NCBI GenBank assembly: GCA_050012755.1 | Contig: JBEKGO010000020.1 | Coordinates: forward strand, 1 to 46,587 | Origin: Candidatus Bathyarchaeia archaeon | Lineage (GTDB): Archaea > Thermoproteota > Bathyarchaeia > Bathyarchaeales > Bathycorpusculaceae | Direction: 5' to 3' | Length of the DNA stretch: 46,587 nucleotides | In this document: in pieces, positions 27,212 to 37,339 of the stretch | Position numbering within the stretch: the first letter of the stretch is position 1 | How the letters are laid out: each line of letters opens with the position of its first letter | Notes under the pieces: generated by a model | The model's database searches: none | Seen by the model: the letters and a program-made list of their open reading frames with translations, nothing else | Told to the model about the DNA's origin: nothing | Program-made: the position numbers and the translations under genes

Positions 27212-28417
27212 TTGAAGCCGTTTAGCTTTGTCCATGCCGCCGATTTGCATTTAGGCTACTCACAGTATGGACTGGAAGCTAGAAGGCAAGACTTCGATGA
27301 CGCGTTCAAAGAAGTTGTTGACAAAACCATCGAGTTAAAACCTGACTTCATGATTATCGCAGGCGATCTCTTCCATCAACCAAGACCCTCAAACGTCACA
27401 CTAGAAAACACTATACGGAGTTTCAAGCGGCTAAAAGACGCAGGAATTCCGGTTCTAACGGTTGATGGCTCACACGATTCTGCCCCAAACACAATAACAG
27501 GCACAATACTCTACCCTCTTGACAGTGCAGGATTAATTCATCATCTTCCCAGACATAGCGGCGCATGCTGGCGCAAACCGGACAGCTGCTACGTCTACGG
27601 CATACCAAACTTCCACAACAAACACAAAACACAAGAGGCACTGCCAAAGTTCATGGCGGAAAATCCTCCAACACCCCAGGAAAAGGTTTGCAACATTTTT
27701 GTTTTCCACGGCGCTTTAGACTTGCCAAATGTTAAACCACCCTACATTGAAGCTGAACTTACACCTGAGCAACTGCCAGAAGGCTTCAACTATTATGCTG
27801 CGGGCCACGTTCATGAACAGTTCTTATACAAATTCAAAACAGGAACTTTGGCTTATAGTGGCGCTACCGAGACAGCCGATTATAGAGAAGCAAAGAACCA
27901 AAAAGGTTTCCTACATGTCAAGGTCAACGAGAAAGGTGAAGTAAACCCTGAGACTATAGAATTAACATCAACCCGAAAATTCGTAATCATAGACCAAGAT
28001 TTCCCATGCATTTCATCCGCCAAAATTACTGAGTCAGCATTTCAAATGGTAAAAGAAAATGATTCTGAAGGCGCAGTAATAATACCAATTTTAAAAGGTA
28101 CGCTGCCTGCTGAAGCAAGCCGAGGAGAAATTGACATCGCCAAAATTCGAAGTGCAGGCGAGAAAGCTCTGCTCGTTCACCCAATTGTTCTGCTCAAAGA
28201 GAGTGCTGTTTCTGATGAAATAGTGCGTTCAATTTTTGAAAGCGAATTTAAGGATTTGAAAACCAAAGCATTTGAGTATTTTCTGCAGATTTTTTTGGAG
28301 CGTTACAGCCGAGAAGAAGCTGAAAAAATCGCGCATTCCGCATTTAGCCTTATTGAACCCCTAACGCGAAAACAGGATGAAAAAATTAAGCAAGCCATCG
28401 AGGAGCTGGCAAAATGA
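27212..28417 (+). CDS. mre11: DNA double-strand break repair nuclease Mre11
   Basis: ADLHLG, AGDLF, GSHD and GHVH motifs; coupled to rad50. Confidence 0.9.
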   Translation: MKPFSFVHAADLHLGYSQYGLEARRQDFDDAFKEVVDKTIELKPDFMIIAGDLFHQPRPSNVTLENTIRSFKRLKDAGIPVLTVDGSHDSAPNTITGTILYPLDSAGLIHHLPRHSGACWRKPDSCYVYGIPNFHNKHKTQEALPKFMAENPPTPQEKVCNIFVFHGALDLPNVKPPYIEAELTPEQLPEGFNYYAAGHVHEQFLYKFKTGTLAYSGATETADYREAKNQKGFLHVKVNEKGEVNPETIELTSTRKFVIIDQDFPCISSAKITESAFQMVKENDSEGAVIIPILKGTLPAEASRGEIDIAKIRSAGEKALLVHPIVLLKESAVSDEIVRSIFESEFKDLKTKAFEYFLQIFLERYSREEAEKIAHSAFSLIEPLTRKQDEKIKQAIEELAK

Positions 28418-30501
28418 AAATTGAAATTGTTCAGCTCGAAAACATCCGCAGCCACATTAAATCTACAGTGCCCTTCACTTATGGCTTTAACTGCCTCGTC
28501 GGCGGTTTAGGCTGCGGAAAATCCAGTGTACTGTACGCGGTTGATTTTGCCCTGTTCGGTGACTCGATAGGTAGAAGTTTTGAATATTTACTTCGAGAGG
28601 GCGCAGACTCAGGCAAAGTTATGGTTCAGTTTAAACATAGTGGATGCACCTACAAGCTTACTCGAGGATTAAGAAGAAAAGGCAAAAGCATCCTTCAGAA
28701 TTTTGAAGAACTCAAGCTCTATGAAGATGACAAGCTTGTTGCAAGCATGAAAACCGACGCCATTGCTGAACAGCTTAAAGCTATCACAGGTTTAGACAGG
28801 GATCTTTTCAGAGAAATAGTTTGGTTCAGGCAAGAACACCTCAAAGAACTGCTTGATGCTTCACCTCGCGATAGACAAAAACGACTTGATGAATTGTTTG
28901 GTTTATCAGATTATGAGGTTGCATGGAGCAACATTGCTCAATACCAACGTGACTATGAAACCGAAAGACGAATTTACGAAAAAGACCCCGACGTCTACGG
29001 ATTAGAAAAACTCAGCAACGAGTACAATCGGGCAAGCGAAGAATACGTAATTATAGAAATGGATCTTGAAAGCTCAACGCAGAAGTTGACGGTTGCAAAG
29101 AAAGCATTGGATGCAACAGATTCAAAACTTAAAGCTCTGGAGGAAAAAAGACAAGCTATAGAAGAGCTTAAGCGAAAAGAAGCAAGGCTACATGCTGACG
29201 CCGTTAACATGACTAACACTTTGGCTGCATTGACCCAACGTATTGAAGGCAAAAAAACAATTGTAGAAAATTTGCGTCAACGGCAAAGCTCAATTGATGC
29301 TCAAATGAAAATATGCTTGAGCAAACTTGAGCAAGCAGGCCTGCAAATTAACCAGCCAACTGAATCGTTGCATTCATCATTAGTAGCTTTTGATGATAAA
29401 ATCAGCGGTTTGAGGGCTGACCAAGAAGCTACCTCAAGGAACCTTCAGACAGATAAGAAAAGAGCTGTTTCGCTTTCGCAAGAGAGCAAATGCCCACTTT
29501 GTGTTCAACCTTTAGGCGGAGAGTACAAAACCAATCTTCTTTCCAAAATTGAACAAGAAAATAGTGAGCGAGAAAAAACACTCAACCATTTAAGATTAGA
29601 AATTGAGTGTCTACAGAAAACAAAAGCCATGGCTTCCGAAGCCTATTCGAGCCTGCAAACATGCATGACAAGGGCTGAAGAGCTAAAGAATCGCCTAAAT
29701 GAAGAAGAAAACAACTGCAAAAACCTAGCAAGCGAGTTTGAAGACAAAAAGAAACTTGAAGCTGACATCCGAATACAGCTGGAGTTAGCACAATTTGAAA
29801 TTAACAAATTCGATTTATCCGAACTTGAAGCATCGCGAACACAGCGAGAACAGGCCTTTCAGCTATATTACAGATTAGATTCTGAGTTGCAAACAAAAGA
29901 AAGCCGGAAAAAGGACCTCTTCAAGCGTTTAGATGAAATTAAAGAACGAATAAATCTTGCGCAAGAAAAGCTTGAGCGCATGGAGAAAATTAAAAGAACC
30001 GTTGAAGTTTTGGCCGCCATTAGGGATGCTTACCGCAGCATCCAGCCTAAGCTTCGCAGCGAGTTCGTAAAGGTTCTGCGCAATTTTGTCCAGCAGGTCC
30101 TCGACAGCTTGGTCGGTGGCGAAGCACCCATGCTAAACATCGTCATAGATGAAACCTACACCCCATACGTAAAAAGCGATGCAGGCGTAAACCGTGAAGT
30201 TTCAAACCTTTCAGGCGGAGAACGAACGCTTCTAGCTTTTGCTTACCGTTTAGGCTTAGGACAGCTTATTATGCAGTCACGCACTGGTCATGGCTTAAGT
30301 ATACTTCTGCTTGATGAACCCACCGAAAACTTAGGAAGCGAAGACGGCAGCATTGAGCGGTTAGCTGAAGCCATAAGCCGATTCAAAGCCATTGAACAAA
30401 TAATTGCCGTGACCCATAGTGAAGCTTTCGCGGGAAAAGCTGACCATGTGATTACTCTCGAAAAAGAGGCGGGACTAAGCAAAACTTCAATCGAACGGTA
30501 A
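28414..30501 (+). CDS. rad50: Rad50 ATPase
   Basis: Walker A GCGKSS, coiled coil, CPLC zinc hook, LSGGE, LLLDEPT, VTH. Confidence 0.92.
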   Translation: MKIEIVQLENIRSHIKSTVPFTYGFNCLVGGLGCGKSSVLYAVDFALFGDSIGRSFEYLLREGADSGKVMVQFKHSGCTYKLTRGLRRKGKSILQNFEELKLYEDDKLVASMKTDAIAEQLKAITGLDRDLFREIVWFRQEHLKELLDASPRDRQKRLDELFGLSDYEVAWSNIAQYQRDYETERRIYEKDPDVYGLEKLSNEYNRASEEYVIIEMDLESSTQKLTVAKKALDATDSKLKALEEKRQAIEELKRKEARLHADAVNMTNTLAALTQRIEGKKTIVENLRQRQSSIDAQMKICLSKLEQAGLQINQPTESLHSSLVAFDDKISGLRADQEATSRNLQTDKKRAVSLSQESKCPLCVQPLGGEYKTNLLSKIEQENSEREKTLNHLRLEIECLQKTKAMASEAYSSLQTCMTRAEELKNRLNEEENNCKNLASEFEDKKKLEADIRIQLELAQFEINKFDLSELEASRTQREQAFQLYYRLDSELQTKESRKKDLFKRLDEIKERINLAQEKLERMEKIKRTVEVLAAIRDAYRSIQPKLRSEFVKVLRNFVQQVLDSLVGGEAPMLNIVIDETYTPYVKSDAGVNREVSNLSGGERTLLAFAYRLGLGQLIMQSRTGHGLSILLLDEPTENLGSEDGSIERLAEAISRFKAIEQIIAVTHSEAFAGKADHVITLEKEAGLSKTSIER

Positions 30502-30686
30502 GTAAATTGCAAAAAATCGGTTTCTCAAACAGTTCCCTTTATCGTTGAACCTTTACATTTAGCAATAAATTTCAGACTTCTTCAGACAGCTGACCTGTTA
30601 TTTTGATTTTGTAGATTTTTTTGTTTTAGATTCTGGCAAAAGTTTATATCCTCACCTCAAACAATGGCTAATTAAATGGTGATTTA

Positions 30687-31442
30687 ATGAATAACACAAG
30701 CAAGAAAATTAAGATCTCAACTTTATTTTTAATGGCATCCGCACTCTTAATTCTAGCTTTAAATGCAGGCGTTTACGCCCAAACACAGGGTTCTGTGTTC
30801 ATCTACACCTCCGTAGGTGGAACAATCACAGCAAACGGGACAACTGTAGCTGGCGGAAGCACCCAAAGTTATAATGTCGGCACAACTGTTAACTTCAATG
30901 CAGTTTCTGGTACAGGCTTTAAGTTCATAGGTTGGGAAACTGTTACTGCATCTGGCGCTAGCACTACTACTGTTAACCCACTTGCACTCAACATTACCTC
31001 AGGCACATGCGCCATACAAGCAATCTTTATCTCAAGCACAAACACCACAGCAACAGCAACGACAACCGGTGCAACCAGCGTCAGCGTTTTTGGGTCAGTA
31101 GGCGGAACAACGTCTCCATCCGGAGCAATAACCGCTTCATCATACTATAGCAATTACACTATCGGTACAGTTTCTAACTTCCAAGCAACCGCAGGCGACG
31201 GCTTCAAATTCTTATGCTGGGTAACCGCTACAGCAGCAGGAGGCAACACTTACACCACCAATCCATTACCACTAAACCCTACTGGTGCCACTGGCATTCA
31301 GGCAATGTTCGTTCCAACAAGCAGCACCGTTACAGTACCTACAATCCCAGAGTACTCATCTGTAAGCATCATTATAATAGCCGCAATATTAGTTGCCGTC
31401 ACATTCGGAACATTCGCAATCGTAAGAAAAAATAAAAAATAA
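30687..31442 (+). CDS. secreted repeat protein with PEF-CTERM-like tail
   Basis: Signal peptide; two SVGGT...GFKF..W.T....TxNPL.LN...IQA.F repeats (InlB-B-like); IPEYS, TM helix and RKNKK. Confidence 0.8.
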   Translation: MNNTSKKIKISTLFLMASALLILALNAGVYAQTQGSVFIYTSVGGTITANGTTVAGGSTQSYNVGTTVNFNAVSGTGFKFIGWETVTASGASTTTVNPLALNITSGTCAIQAIFISSTNTTATATTTGATSVSVFGSVGGTTSPSGAITASSYYSNYTIGTVSNFQATAGDGFKFLCWVTATAAGGNTYTTNPLPLNPTGATGIQAMFVPTSSTVTVPTIPEYSSVSIIIIAAILVAVTFGTFAIVRKNKK

Positions 31443-31467
31443 ATTTCTTCCTTTCTTTTCTTTTTTT
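31443..31467. terminator. T-rich archaeal terminator between convergent genes
   Basis: Pyrimidine/oligo-T tract immediately after the stop codon. Confidence 0.45.
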
Positions 31468-32575
31468 AACTTATTTTAGCTTCTGAGCAAGCTTTTTCTA
31501 GAATAGCTATCAAGAGACATTTAGTAGAGGGACCTAAGCGGTCTTTGTCGTTACGTTTTTTTTCCACATAGGCAAACAGGTTTTTTTCGTCATATAAGGA
31601 ACACTTTAAAGCTGCCATAATAATTTCCTCAAAAACAGCATTATCAATATTATTCATTTGATCTTTAGGGATCAAGCCCTTTTCCAGATCATCATCAAGC
31701 CTGAGGGCAGCAATAAGGAGCGGCACTATTTTCTGGTCCGACAGAATCAAATCAACTTGTCTCTGAAGTTTCTCAGAGCTCTCAAATTTCACCTTTGCCT
31801 CATCTGCGAGTGACATGATAAGTTCGGATGATATTCCTCTCTCTGCTAATCTCTCCATGAGGGTTCTGTTTGGCGCAAGCTTTTCTTGTTTGCACATGGC
31901 TTCTTTCACCGCTTTCCGCACACATTTGCCAATTAGCTCTCCGAGCAAAGTAAAGGTTCCAGCATACTGTATAGGATCGCCCTTTTTGGTACACGCAACC
32001 ACAACACTGTCGGTTAAGGTTCCAGTAGCAAGATCCCCTGAAAATTGGCTCCTAATGTCCAGTTCTCGCAACGCAACCGTCTTAGCTTCCGTTAATGTCT
32101 TGATGGCTTCAACCATACAGCCCTCTGTCAAATTTCCATCAACTATCAAAATAATGTTTATTGTGCCAACTCGTTCTATTTTGTTTCCTTTAAATGAAGC
32201 TGCAGGTTCACCTGCCGTAACAGCCACTGTTGAGCCAGCTGTCGCAAAAACGGTCAGCACTGTTTTACCGCACATCTCACTGTAAACTGCTAAGTTCTGC
32301 ATCTTGGCAGCAGTCATTAAGGCAACCACTTTTTTTTCTGGAAACTGTAGCCTTTGCGCTTCCTTATTCAAGAATTTTTCAGGGCTCCAGTGCACGTCGG
32401 ACTTGTCGCTACCAGTTCCTTCAGGAACTTGAACGTTAATTATTCCATTTGCCTCGCGCAAACCTCCATTCAATATAGCTGAACTAAGTATCTTCAATGG
32501 AGTTTTTGACCAAATGACAAGGATGTTATCCTTAACTTCGGCAGCAATATCCTCGATTTTCACGTTAAATTTCAT
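31466..32575 (-). CDS. cbiZ: adenosylcobinamide amidohydrolase with C-terminal extension
   Basis: LSSAILNGG, LMTAA, GTINII, TEAK and ATGT.TD motifs. Confidence 0.88.
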   Translation of the reverse strand: MKFNVKIEDIAAEVKDNILVIWSKTPLKILSSAILNGGLREANGIINVQVPEGTGSDKSDVHWSPEKFLNKEAQRLQFPEKKVVALMTAAKMQNLAVYSEMCGKTVLTVFATAGSTVAVTAGEPAASFKGNKIERVGTINIILIVDGNLTEGCMVEAIKTLTEAKTVALRELDIRSQFSGDLATGTLTDSVVVACTKKGDPIQYAGTFTLLGELIGKCVRKAVKEAMCKQEKLAPNRTLMERLAERGISSELIMSLADEAKVKFESSEKLQRQVDLILSDQKIVPLLIAALRLDDDLEKGLIPKDQMNNIDNAVFEEIIMAALKCSLYDEKNLFAYVEKKRNDKDRLGPSTKCLLIAILEKACSEAKIS

Positions 32576-32693
32576 TTGCGGACACCAGCAAGTAGATTTT
32601 GATTGATGTTGGATTCTGGATTATATAAGCGTTAGCTCTGTCAAGCAAAACCCCGCATAGTGGTTAGACTTGGGGATATTTGCTAAATCGCCT

Positions 32694-33542
32694 TTAGATA
32701 GGAATCAAGAACAAGACCATCATCAACGATATGAAAACCGCGTAGAGAACTGGCAAAAGAATGGGCGACTTTTTACTGCGCGCTGAAGCAACTGTCACCC
32801 ACCCCATAGTCAAACACAAAATTCCTAAAGGATTAGCGAAGGCATAGAAACCATAGAGCAGGCTATAGTACAACGGCGAGTAAAGTAGCACGTTTAACAG
32901 ACTTATAGCTTCCATCAGAACGCCTGAGAAAACTATAATTGCACCCACGGCAAGCAAGTAATATCCTGTTTGTCGTCTTTTCCTAACCTTGCTATCGGGT
33001 GTAGTAGATTTTGATGAAAGAGCACCGCTGGCAAGTAGAATAACCCAGCCCACGAAACCAGCACACAACAAAACCGGGCTAATCCAGCCAGTTCTCCAGT
33101 ATATGAGCAACTTCACGATCAAAGAATGCAAAGAAAAGGGGTAAGTAACGTTCAACGCGCCAAAAACTCTGTCGAAAATGAAACCCAATACGCTGACAGT
33201 GAGAAAAGAGAAACCTACTGCGAACAAAGGTTTCTTGACAAATATCCTCTCTTCTTTTTTTAGCCTCACCTGAATCGTTAAGCCAACTATTGCTAGCTCG
33301 ATGCCAACAATGTAACCTGCGAGGAGAAGCCACCCTACATTTAGATTAAACGGCACATTGAAGAAAACCAGCAAAGAATTATAACAAAAAAAGGCAATCA
33401 GGACAAAGCCTACTGTTGGAAGAAACAGGCTGCTAAACCGCAGAAGAGATCTTTGCGAAGCCATGATTCCTATTGAATTTGGCGCTTCGGGTTCCTTAGG
33501 GAGCCAACCTCGAAATTGTTTCAGATATTTTTTAGGGTTCAA
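32694..33542 (-). CDS. multi-pass membrane protein with N-terminal RGWLPKEP motif
   Basis: About 7 TM segments; overlaps the upstream HTH gene by 4 nt. Confidence 0.7.
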   Translation of the reverse strand: MNPKKYLKQFRGWLPKEPEAPNSIGIMASQRSLLRFSSLFLPTVGFVLIAFFCYNSLLVFFNVPFNLNVGWLLLAGYIVGIELAIVGLTIQVRLKKEERIFVKKPLFAVGFSFLTVSVLGFIFDRVFGALNVTYPFSLHSLIVKLLIYWRTGWISPVLLCAGFVGWVILLASGALSSKSTTPDSKVRKRRQTGYYLLAVGAIIVFSGVLMEAISLLNVLLYSPLYYSLLYGFYAFANPLGILCLTMGWVTVASARSKKSPILLPVLYAVFISLMMVLFLIPI

Positions 33543-34021
33543 GATTCCACCTCAGGGAGCAACTTTCCGAAAATGATCTGAGCTAGTTTAGCCGGATGAA
33601 ATTCTGCGGCTTCCGCAATTTCTAAGCCTCTTTCTTTTGCTATGTCAAGCAGGTAGGTTCTAGCTTGTTTCAGAAACAATTCGTCGGTAACATCCTCAGG
33701 GTTGTCGTACCAATACCACACTTTGATTCCGTAATGAGTGCTGTAAGTGATTATCGCTTTTCGTTTGAGGACAGGGTGATATCCCAAGAGTAAGCCCACC
33801 TTCAAGCTTAGTCTTGTAACTTGGAGACCATTAGCTTGGGCTACATCCAACAGAGTTGCTAAAAGCTTGGCTTCCGCCGCCAGTTTCGTTTGATTGACAA
33901 ATTGCCGAGTAGTGTTGAGTTTATCCGCGATGATTGACACGGGGAACCCTTCGTTTAACAACGACCAAACTGTTTTCTGTTTCTGGCTAAGTGGAGCTGA
34001 TAGTGAGCAAGCTGTTCTCAT
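33539..34021 (-). CDS. HTH DNA-binding protein
   Basis: LSQKQKTVW.L...G....IADKLNTTRQFV (sigma-region-4-like HTH); start ATG 34021 within ORF 33539..34174. Confidence 0.72.
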   Translation of the reverse strand: MRTACSLSAPLSQKQKTVWSLLNEGFPVSIIADKLNTTRQFVNQTKLAAEAKLLATLLDVAQANGLQVTRLSLKVGLLLGYHPVLKRKAIITYSTHYGIKVWYWYDNPEDVTDELFLKQARTYLLDIAKERGLEIAEAAEFHPAKLAQIIFGKLLPEVES

Positions 34022-34183
34022 AAGGGTCCAGTAAACACTAAAGTATTTACAAATATTTAAAACTTCACATTCGAAGTAAAAGCTATTTCTTGTTATCAGG
34101 CAGGCTTTCTCCCTCCTAGCTGACGCAAGGCTCTGTGGAGGCAAATGTGAGAAACATACTCTGAGGCTAATCAAAAAAGGGAT

Positions 34184-34825
34184 CTAGTCGATTAAGAGTA
34201 GGGCGAAGGTTTCCGGGTTTTTCTTGAAAGGCAAAGTAAATTTCAATCCAGCTTTTTCCGCAGTAGCCTTAACGTTAACTCCAACGCCTTCTTCAGAATA
34301 ACGTTTCATTGTGGGATGAATGCAGAGCCCTTTTTCCACATTACATTTTTCACAAATTGTACATGATCCAGAGACCAGACCTGTTGCAAGAAGATAACCT
34401 TTTTCAGCAGCTAATTTTTCAAGTTGAATGACGGCGTCACGCAGTTTTTGTGCATCAATTTTCCATGCAGACCAAAAGTTTTCGACTTTAGATTTTATCT
34501 CCTCCGGAATCATTGGGTCATCTGTTTTTGCGAGGTATTTAATCAGTTTTGGATTTAATTGGGCTTGAGATTCAAATTTCATGAAAAGGGCGTAATGGTA
34601 TTCGCTGACAATTTTTCTAAATTTCTCAGGTGTGGGTGCGTAGGGAGGGCAAGCTAAGGTTTTTCCATATTTTTCGCAGCCTAGTTGGCATTTGAAAACA
34701 ACGCGGTCTTCAATAACAATTTTCTTGACAGGAATTATTTTTGCATCTGTAGCACCTAATTTTAATGCGTGTTTTTGAAGAAAATCAAACGAACTTATCT
34801 TGTCATCTTTTGTCATAAAATTCAC
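34184..34825 (-). CDS. DUF2284 metal-binding protein
   Basis: KC..GC..YG....CPP, GSC..C..C.....C.HP and S.E.VG.NV..T motifs. Confidence 0.85.
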   Translation of the reverse strand: MNFMTKDDKISSFDFLQKHALKLGATDAKIIPVKKIVIEDRVVFKCQLGCEKYGKTLACPPYAPTPEKFRKIVSEYHYALFMKFESQAQLNPKLIKYLAKTDDPMIPEEIKSKVENFWSAWKIDAQKLRDAVIQLEKLAAEKGYLLATGLVSGSCTICEKCNVEKGLCIHPTMKRYSEEGVGVNVKATAEKAGLKFTLPFKKNPETFALLLID

Positions 34826-34828
34826 GAT

Positions 34829-35968
34829 TCAAGCAGTTTTTATTTCTGTTCCAAGAAAATTTGAAGATTCCATGTCTGGTTTTTTTGGTTGGTAAATGCA
34901 TGCTGGGTCTTGGTTTAGGCTGTCTTTGGTGTAGATATATGCTCTGGCTCGGCAGCCACCACAAATGGATTTGAAAGTGCATATTCCGCATTTGCCCTTC
35001 AAGTTGTTGCGATCCGCGAGTTTCTTAATTGGCTCGGATGTTCGCATGCGATCCATTATTTGTTGAATACTGTCTGTTCTTATATCACCAAATTCCAAGT
35101 TGAGGGGAGCACAGGCATATGCCTTTCCATCTTCCAGAATCTCCAGCCATTCATTCTTAGTAAGGTTGTCGCACATGCTACAGGTGCTTCTCAGATTTCG
35201 AGAAGGCTCCTTCATCTTTAGCAAGCGGTTGTTGAACATTTCGTAAGGAACAATTAGGATTTTGTCATGTACTTTCTTATTGAGTTCGTAGATTTCTTCA
35301 AGTTGGTTTTCCTTTTGTCGAGGCGAAGGCTCTAGAGGTCCCAACAAACGCAGCTGGTTCTCAACATCTATCGGCTGAGGAATTAACGAAGCAAGATGGA
35401 AACCGCGCGCCCCTAAGTCAATTGCAAGCTGAATTAAGGCAGAAACTTCGTCAACAACATATTTTGTATTGATGACACTTATCGCAAATGGAATATCAAA
35501 CTCTTTGCACAGTTTTGCAGCGTTTATGCTAGCTTCGAAAGCGTCTTTTCCACGCAGTCGAAAATCTGTTTCTTTGAGCCCCGCGAGGCAGACGATTGAT
35601 TTGCAATTCGCCGCAGCAAGTTCTTTTGCCACAGCCCTATCAAAGTGCCAACCGGTAACCTTCACATAAGGCGACAAATTCAACTTGCCAGCAAAGCGAA
35701 TAAGCTCAATGAAATCTTCCCGCATCAGAGGCTCACCAGTCCAACCTGCACCCGAAATAAACAAGTTATCAACACCGAAATCTGCCACTTTTCTAAGCAT
35801 CATCTTTGCTTCGGCAGTAGTTAGCTCGTTGGAAAGTGGTTTTCCATCGCCAAGGGAAAAAGCATGCTTAACCGGGTAAGCCCTTGTGCACGACCAGATG
35901 AAATGGTCTAGTTTTTTTCCTGTTTTCTCTGCTCCAAAAATCAGTCCTTTGTTTGTTTTGGATGGCAT
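34829..35968 (-). CDS. radical SAM/SPASM-like protein with degenerate CxxxCxxC motif
   Basis: GEPLMREDF; SPASM CGIC....ICGGCRARAY...DPAC; N-terminal WSCTRAYPVKHA in place of TxxCNLxCxHC. Confidence 0.8.
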   Translation of the reverse strand: MPSKTNKGLIFGAEKTGKKLDHFIWSCTRAYPVKHAFSLGDGKPLSNELTTAEAKMMLRKVADFGVDNLFISGAGWTGEPLMREDFIELIRFAGKLNLSPYVKVTGWHFDRAVAKELAAANCKSIVCLAGLKETDFRLRGKDAFEASINAAKLCKEFDIPFAISVINTKYVVDEVSALIQLAIDLGARGFHLASLIPQPIDVENQLRLLGPLEPSPRQKENQLEEIYELNKKVHDKILIVPYEMFNNRLLKMKEPSRNLRSTCSMCDNLTKNEWLEILEDGKAYACAPLNLEFGDIRTDSIQQIMDRMRTSEPIKKLADRNNLKGKCGICTFKSICGGCRARAYIYTKDSLNQDPACIYQPKKPDMESSNFLGTEIKTA

Positions 35969-35969
35969 T

Positions 35970-37322
35970 TTAAGTTGGCCTTTTATTATTTGCAATTTCA
36001 ATTGTCTTAGGTTCTTTTTTCGTGTGCCCCGGAATCTCTGTCTGCTTGTGTTTGCACAGATCTATCTTGTCTTGAGATGCGTTAACTAGGGTCGGAAGTT
36101 CAGAAGGGTGATGGATGAATATGGCACCTTTTTCCCTCAATTCCGCAAGTAAGGCAGTTGCTTTCCCACCTGTAAAGTCGCGCTCATCTATTGGAACTTC
36201 ATCGACAACATAGGTCCGTATTCCCTGCTTTACAGCCTCAAGGGCTGCCTCCAAATTAGAAAGATTACCATAACCAAAAGGAACAGATGCTAAGACGACA
36301 ATGGCGGCTTTACTAATCATTTCCAAGTTCGCTTGCTTAGTTTGTTCAGTAATCGGCGAAAAAGGAGCTTCATTTACATTTGGAATTTTCAGAAACTCAG
36401 CTGTCTCATAATCAGTGTCCAGCATATTGAGCACGCCAGCGGTCACTTCGTAGCCCTCATCCATCAGAGCCTTCATTATTAATGTGCCTGTACCTGCTCC
36501 CGCAATGACATGTATTGCGCAGTTCCGCGGCGGAGAAGGCTTCTGAGGAGACAGAAGAGTAACATAAAGAGAATTTGTGACGAGACTTTTCTTGACTATT
36601 GCATCAACTCGGAAAACAGTTTTAATGTTCTCACTTGTTAAAACTTTATCTAAGGTTCCTGCTGCAAATACTTTAGCACCCTTAAGAAGAAGCGCTGAGG
36701 TGCAGTAGCGTGCCGCCAAGTTTAAGTCGTGAATAACAGTCAAAACGATCATGCCTTCTTTGACGCATAATTCTTTGACTAGATCCATTATTTCTATTTG
36801 GTTGATCATATCTAAATGCGTAAGAGGTTCATCCAACAACAAAATTTTGGGTTCTTGAGCTAGTGCACGAGCGATAACGACCCGTTGTTTCTCTCCACCG
36901 CTTAATTCGTTAATGGGTCTATCAGCAAAATGCCAAGTGTTCGTTTTTAACATGGCTTTTTTAACAATAGTCATGTCTTTCTCTGACTCCATTTGGAACC
37001 GCTTCATGTGTGGGTTGCGACCCATCAGAACAATATCGAGTGCAGAGAAGCTAAAACCAATTGTACTTTCTTGAGGAACAATGGCCATATGTTTGGCAAG
37101 GTCTACACTTTTCATGCTGTAAATGTCAGTTTTATCCAGAAATATAGTTCCTTTGTGTGGTTTGAGCGTTCGGCTAATGCTTTTGAGAAGAGTTGTTTTT
37201 CCTGAACCATTTGGTCCGAGGATGCCTACGAAGTCACCTTCTTTAACTGATAAGCTGACATTTTCCAGGATTTTCACTGAACCGTAGCGGCATTCAATTC
37301 CATCCACGTTAAGTAATACCAT
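35970..37322 (-). CDS. btuD: cobalamin/Fe-chelate ABC transporter ATPase with C-terminal extra domain
   Basis: GPNGSGKT, LSGGEKQR, LLLDEP and HDLNLA motifs. Confidence 0.85.
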   Translation of the reverse strand: MVLLNVDGIECRYGSVKILENVSLSVKEGDFVGILGPNGSGKTTLLKSISRTLKPHKGTIFLDKTDIYSMKSVDLAKHMAIVPQESTIGFSFSALDIVLMGRNPHMKRFQMESEKDMTIVKKAMLKTNTWHFADRPINELSGGEKQRVVIARALAQEPKILLLDEPLTHLDMINQIEIMDLVKELCVKEGMIVLTVIHDLNLAARYCTSALLLKGAKVFAAGTLDKVLTSENIKTVFRVDAIVKKSLVTNSLYVTLLSPQKPSPPRNCAIHVIAGAGTGTLIMKALMDEGYEVTAGVLNMLDTDYETAEFLKIPNVNEAPFSPITEQTKQANLEMISKAAIVVLASVPFGYGNLSNLEAALEAVKQGIRTYVVDEVPIDERDFTGGKATALLAELREKGAIFIHHPSELPTLVNASQDKIDLCKHKQTEIPGHTKKEPKTIEIANNKRPT

Positions 37323-37339
37323 GTCCGCTTCCCTCTCCT

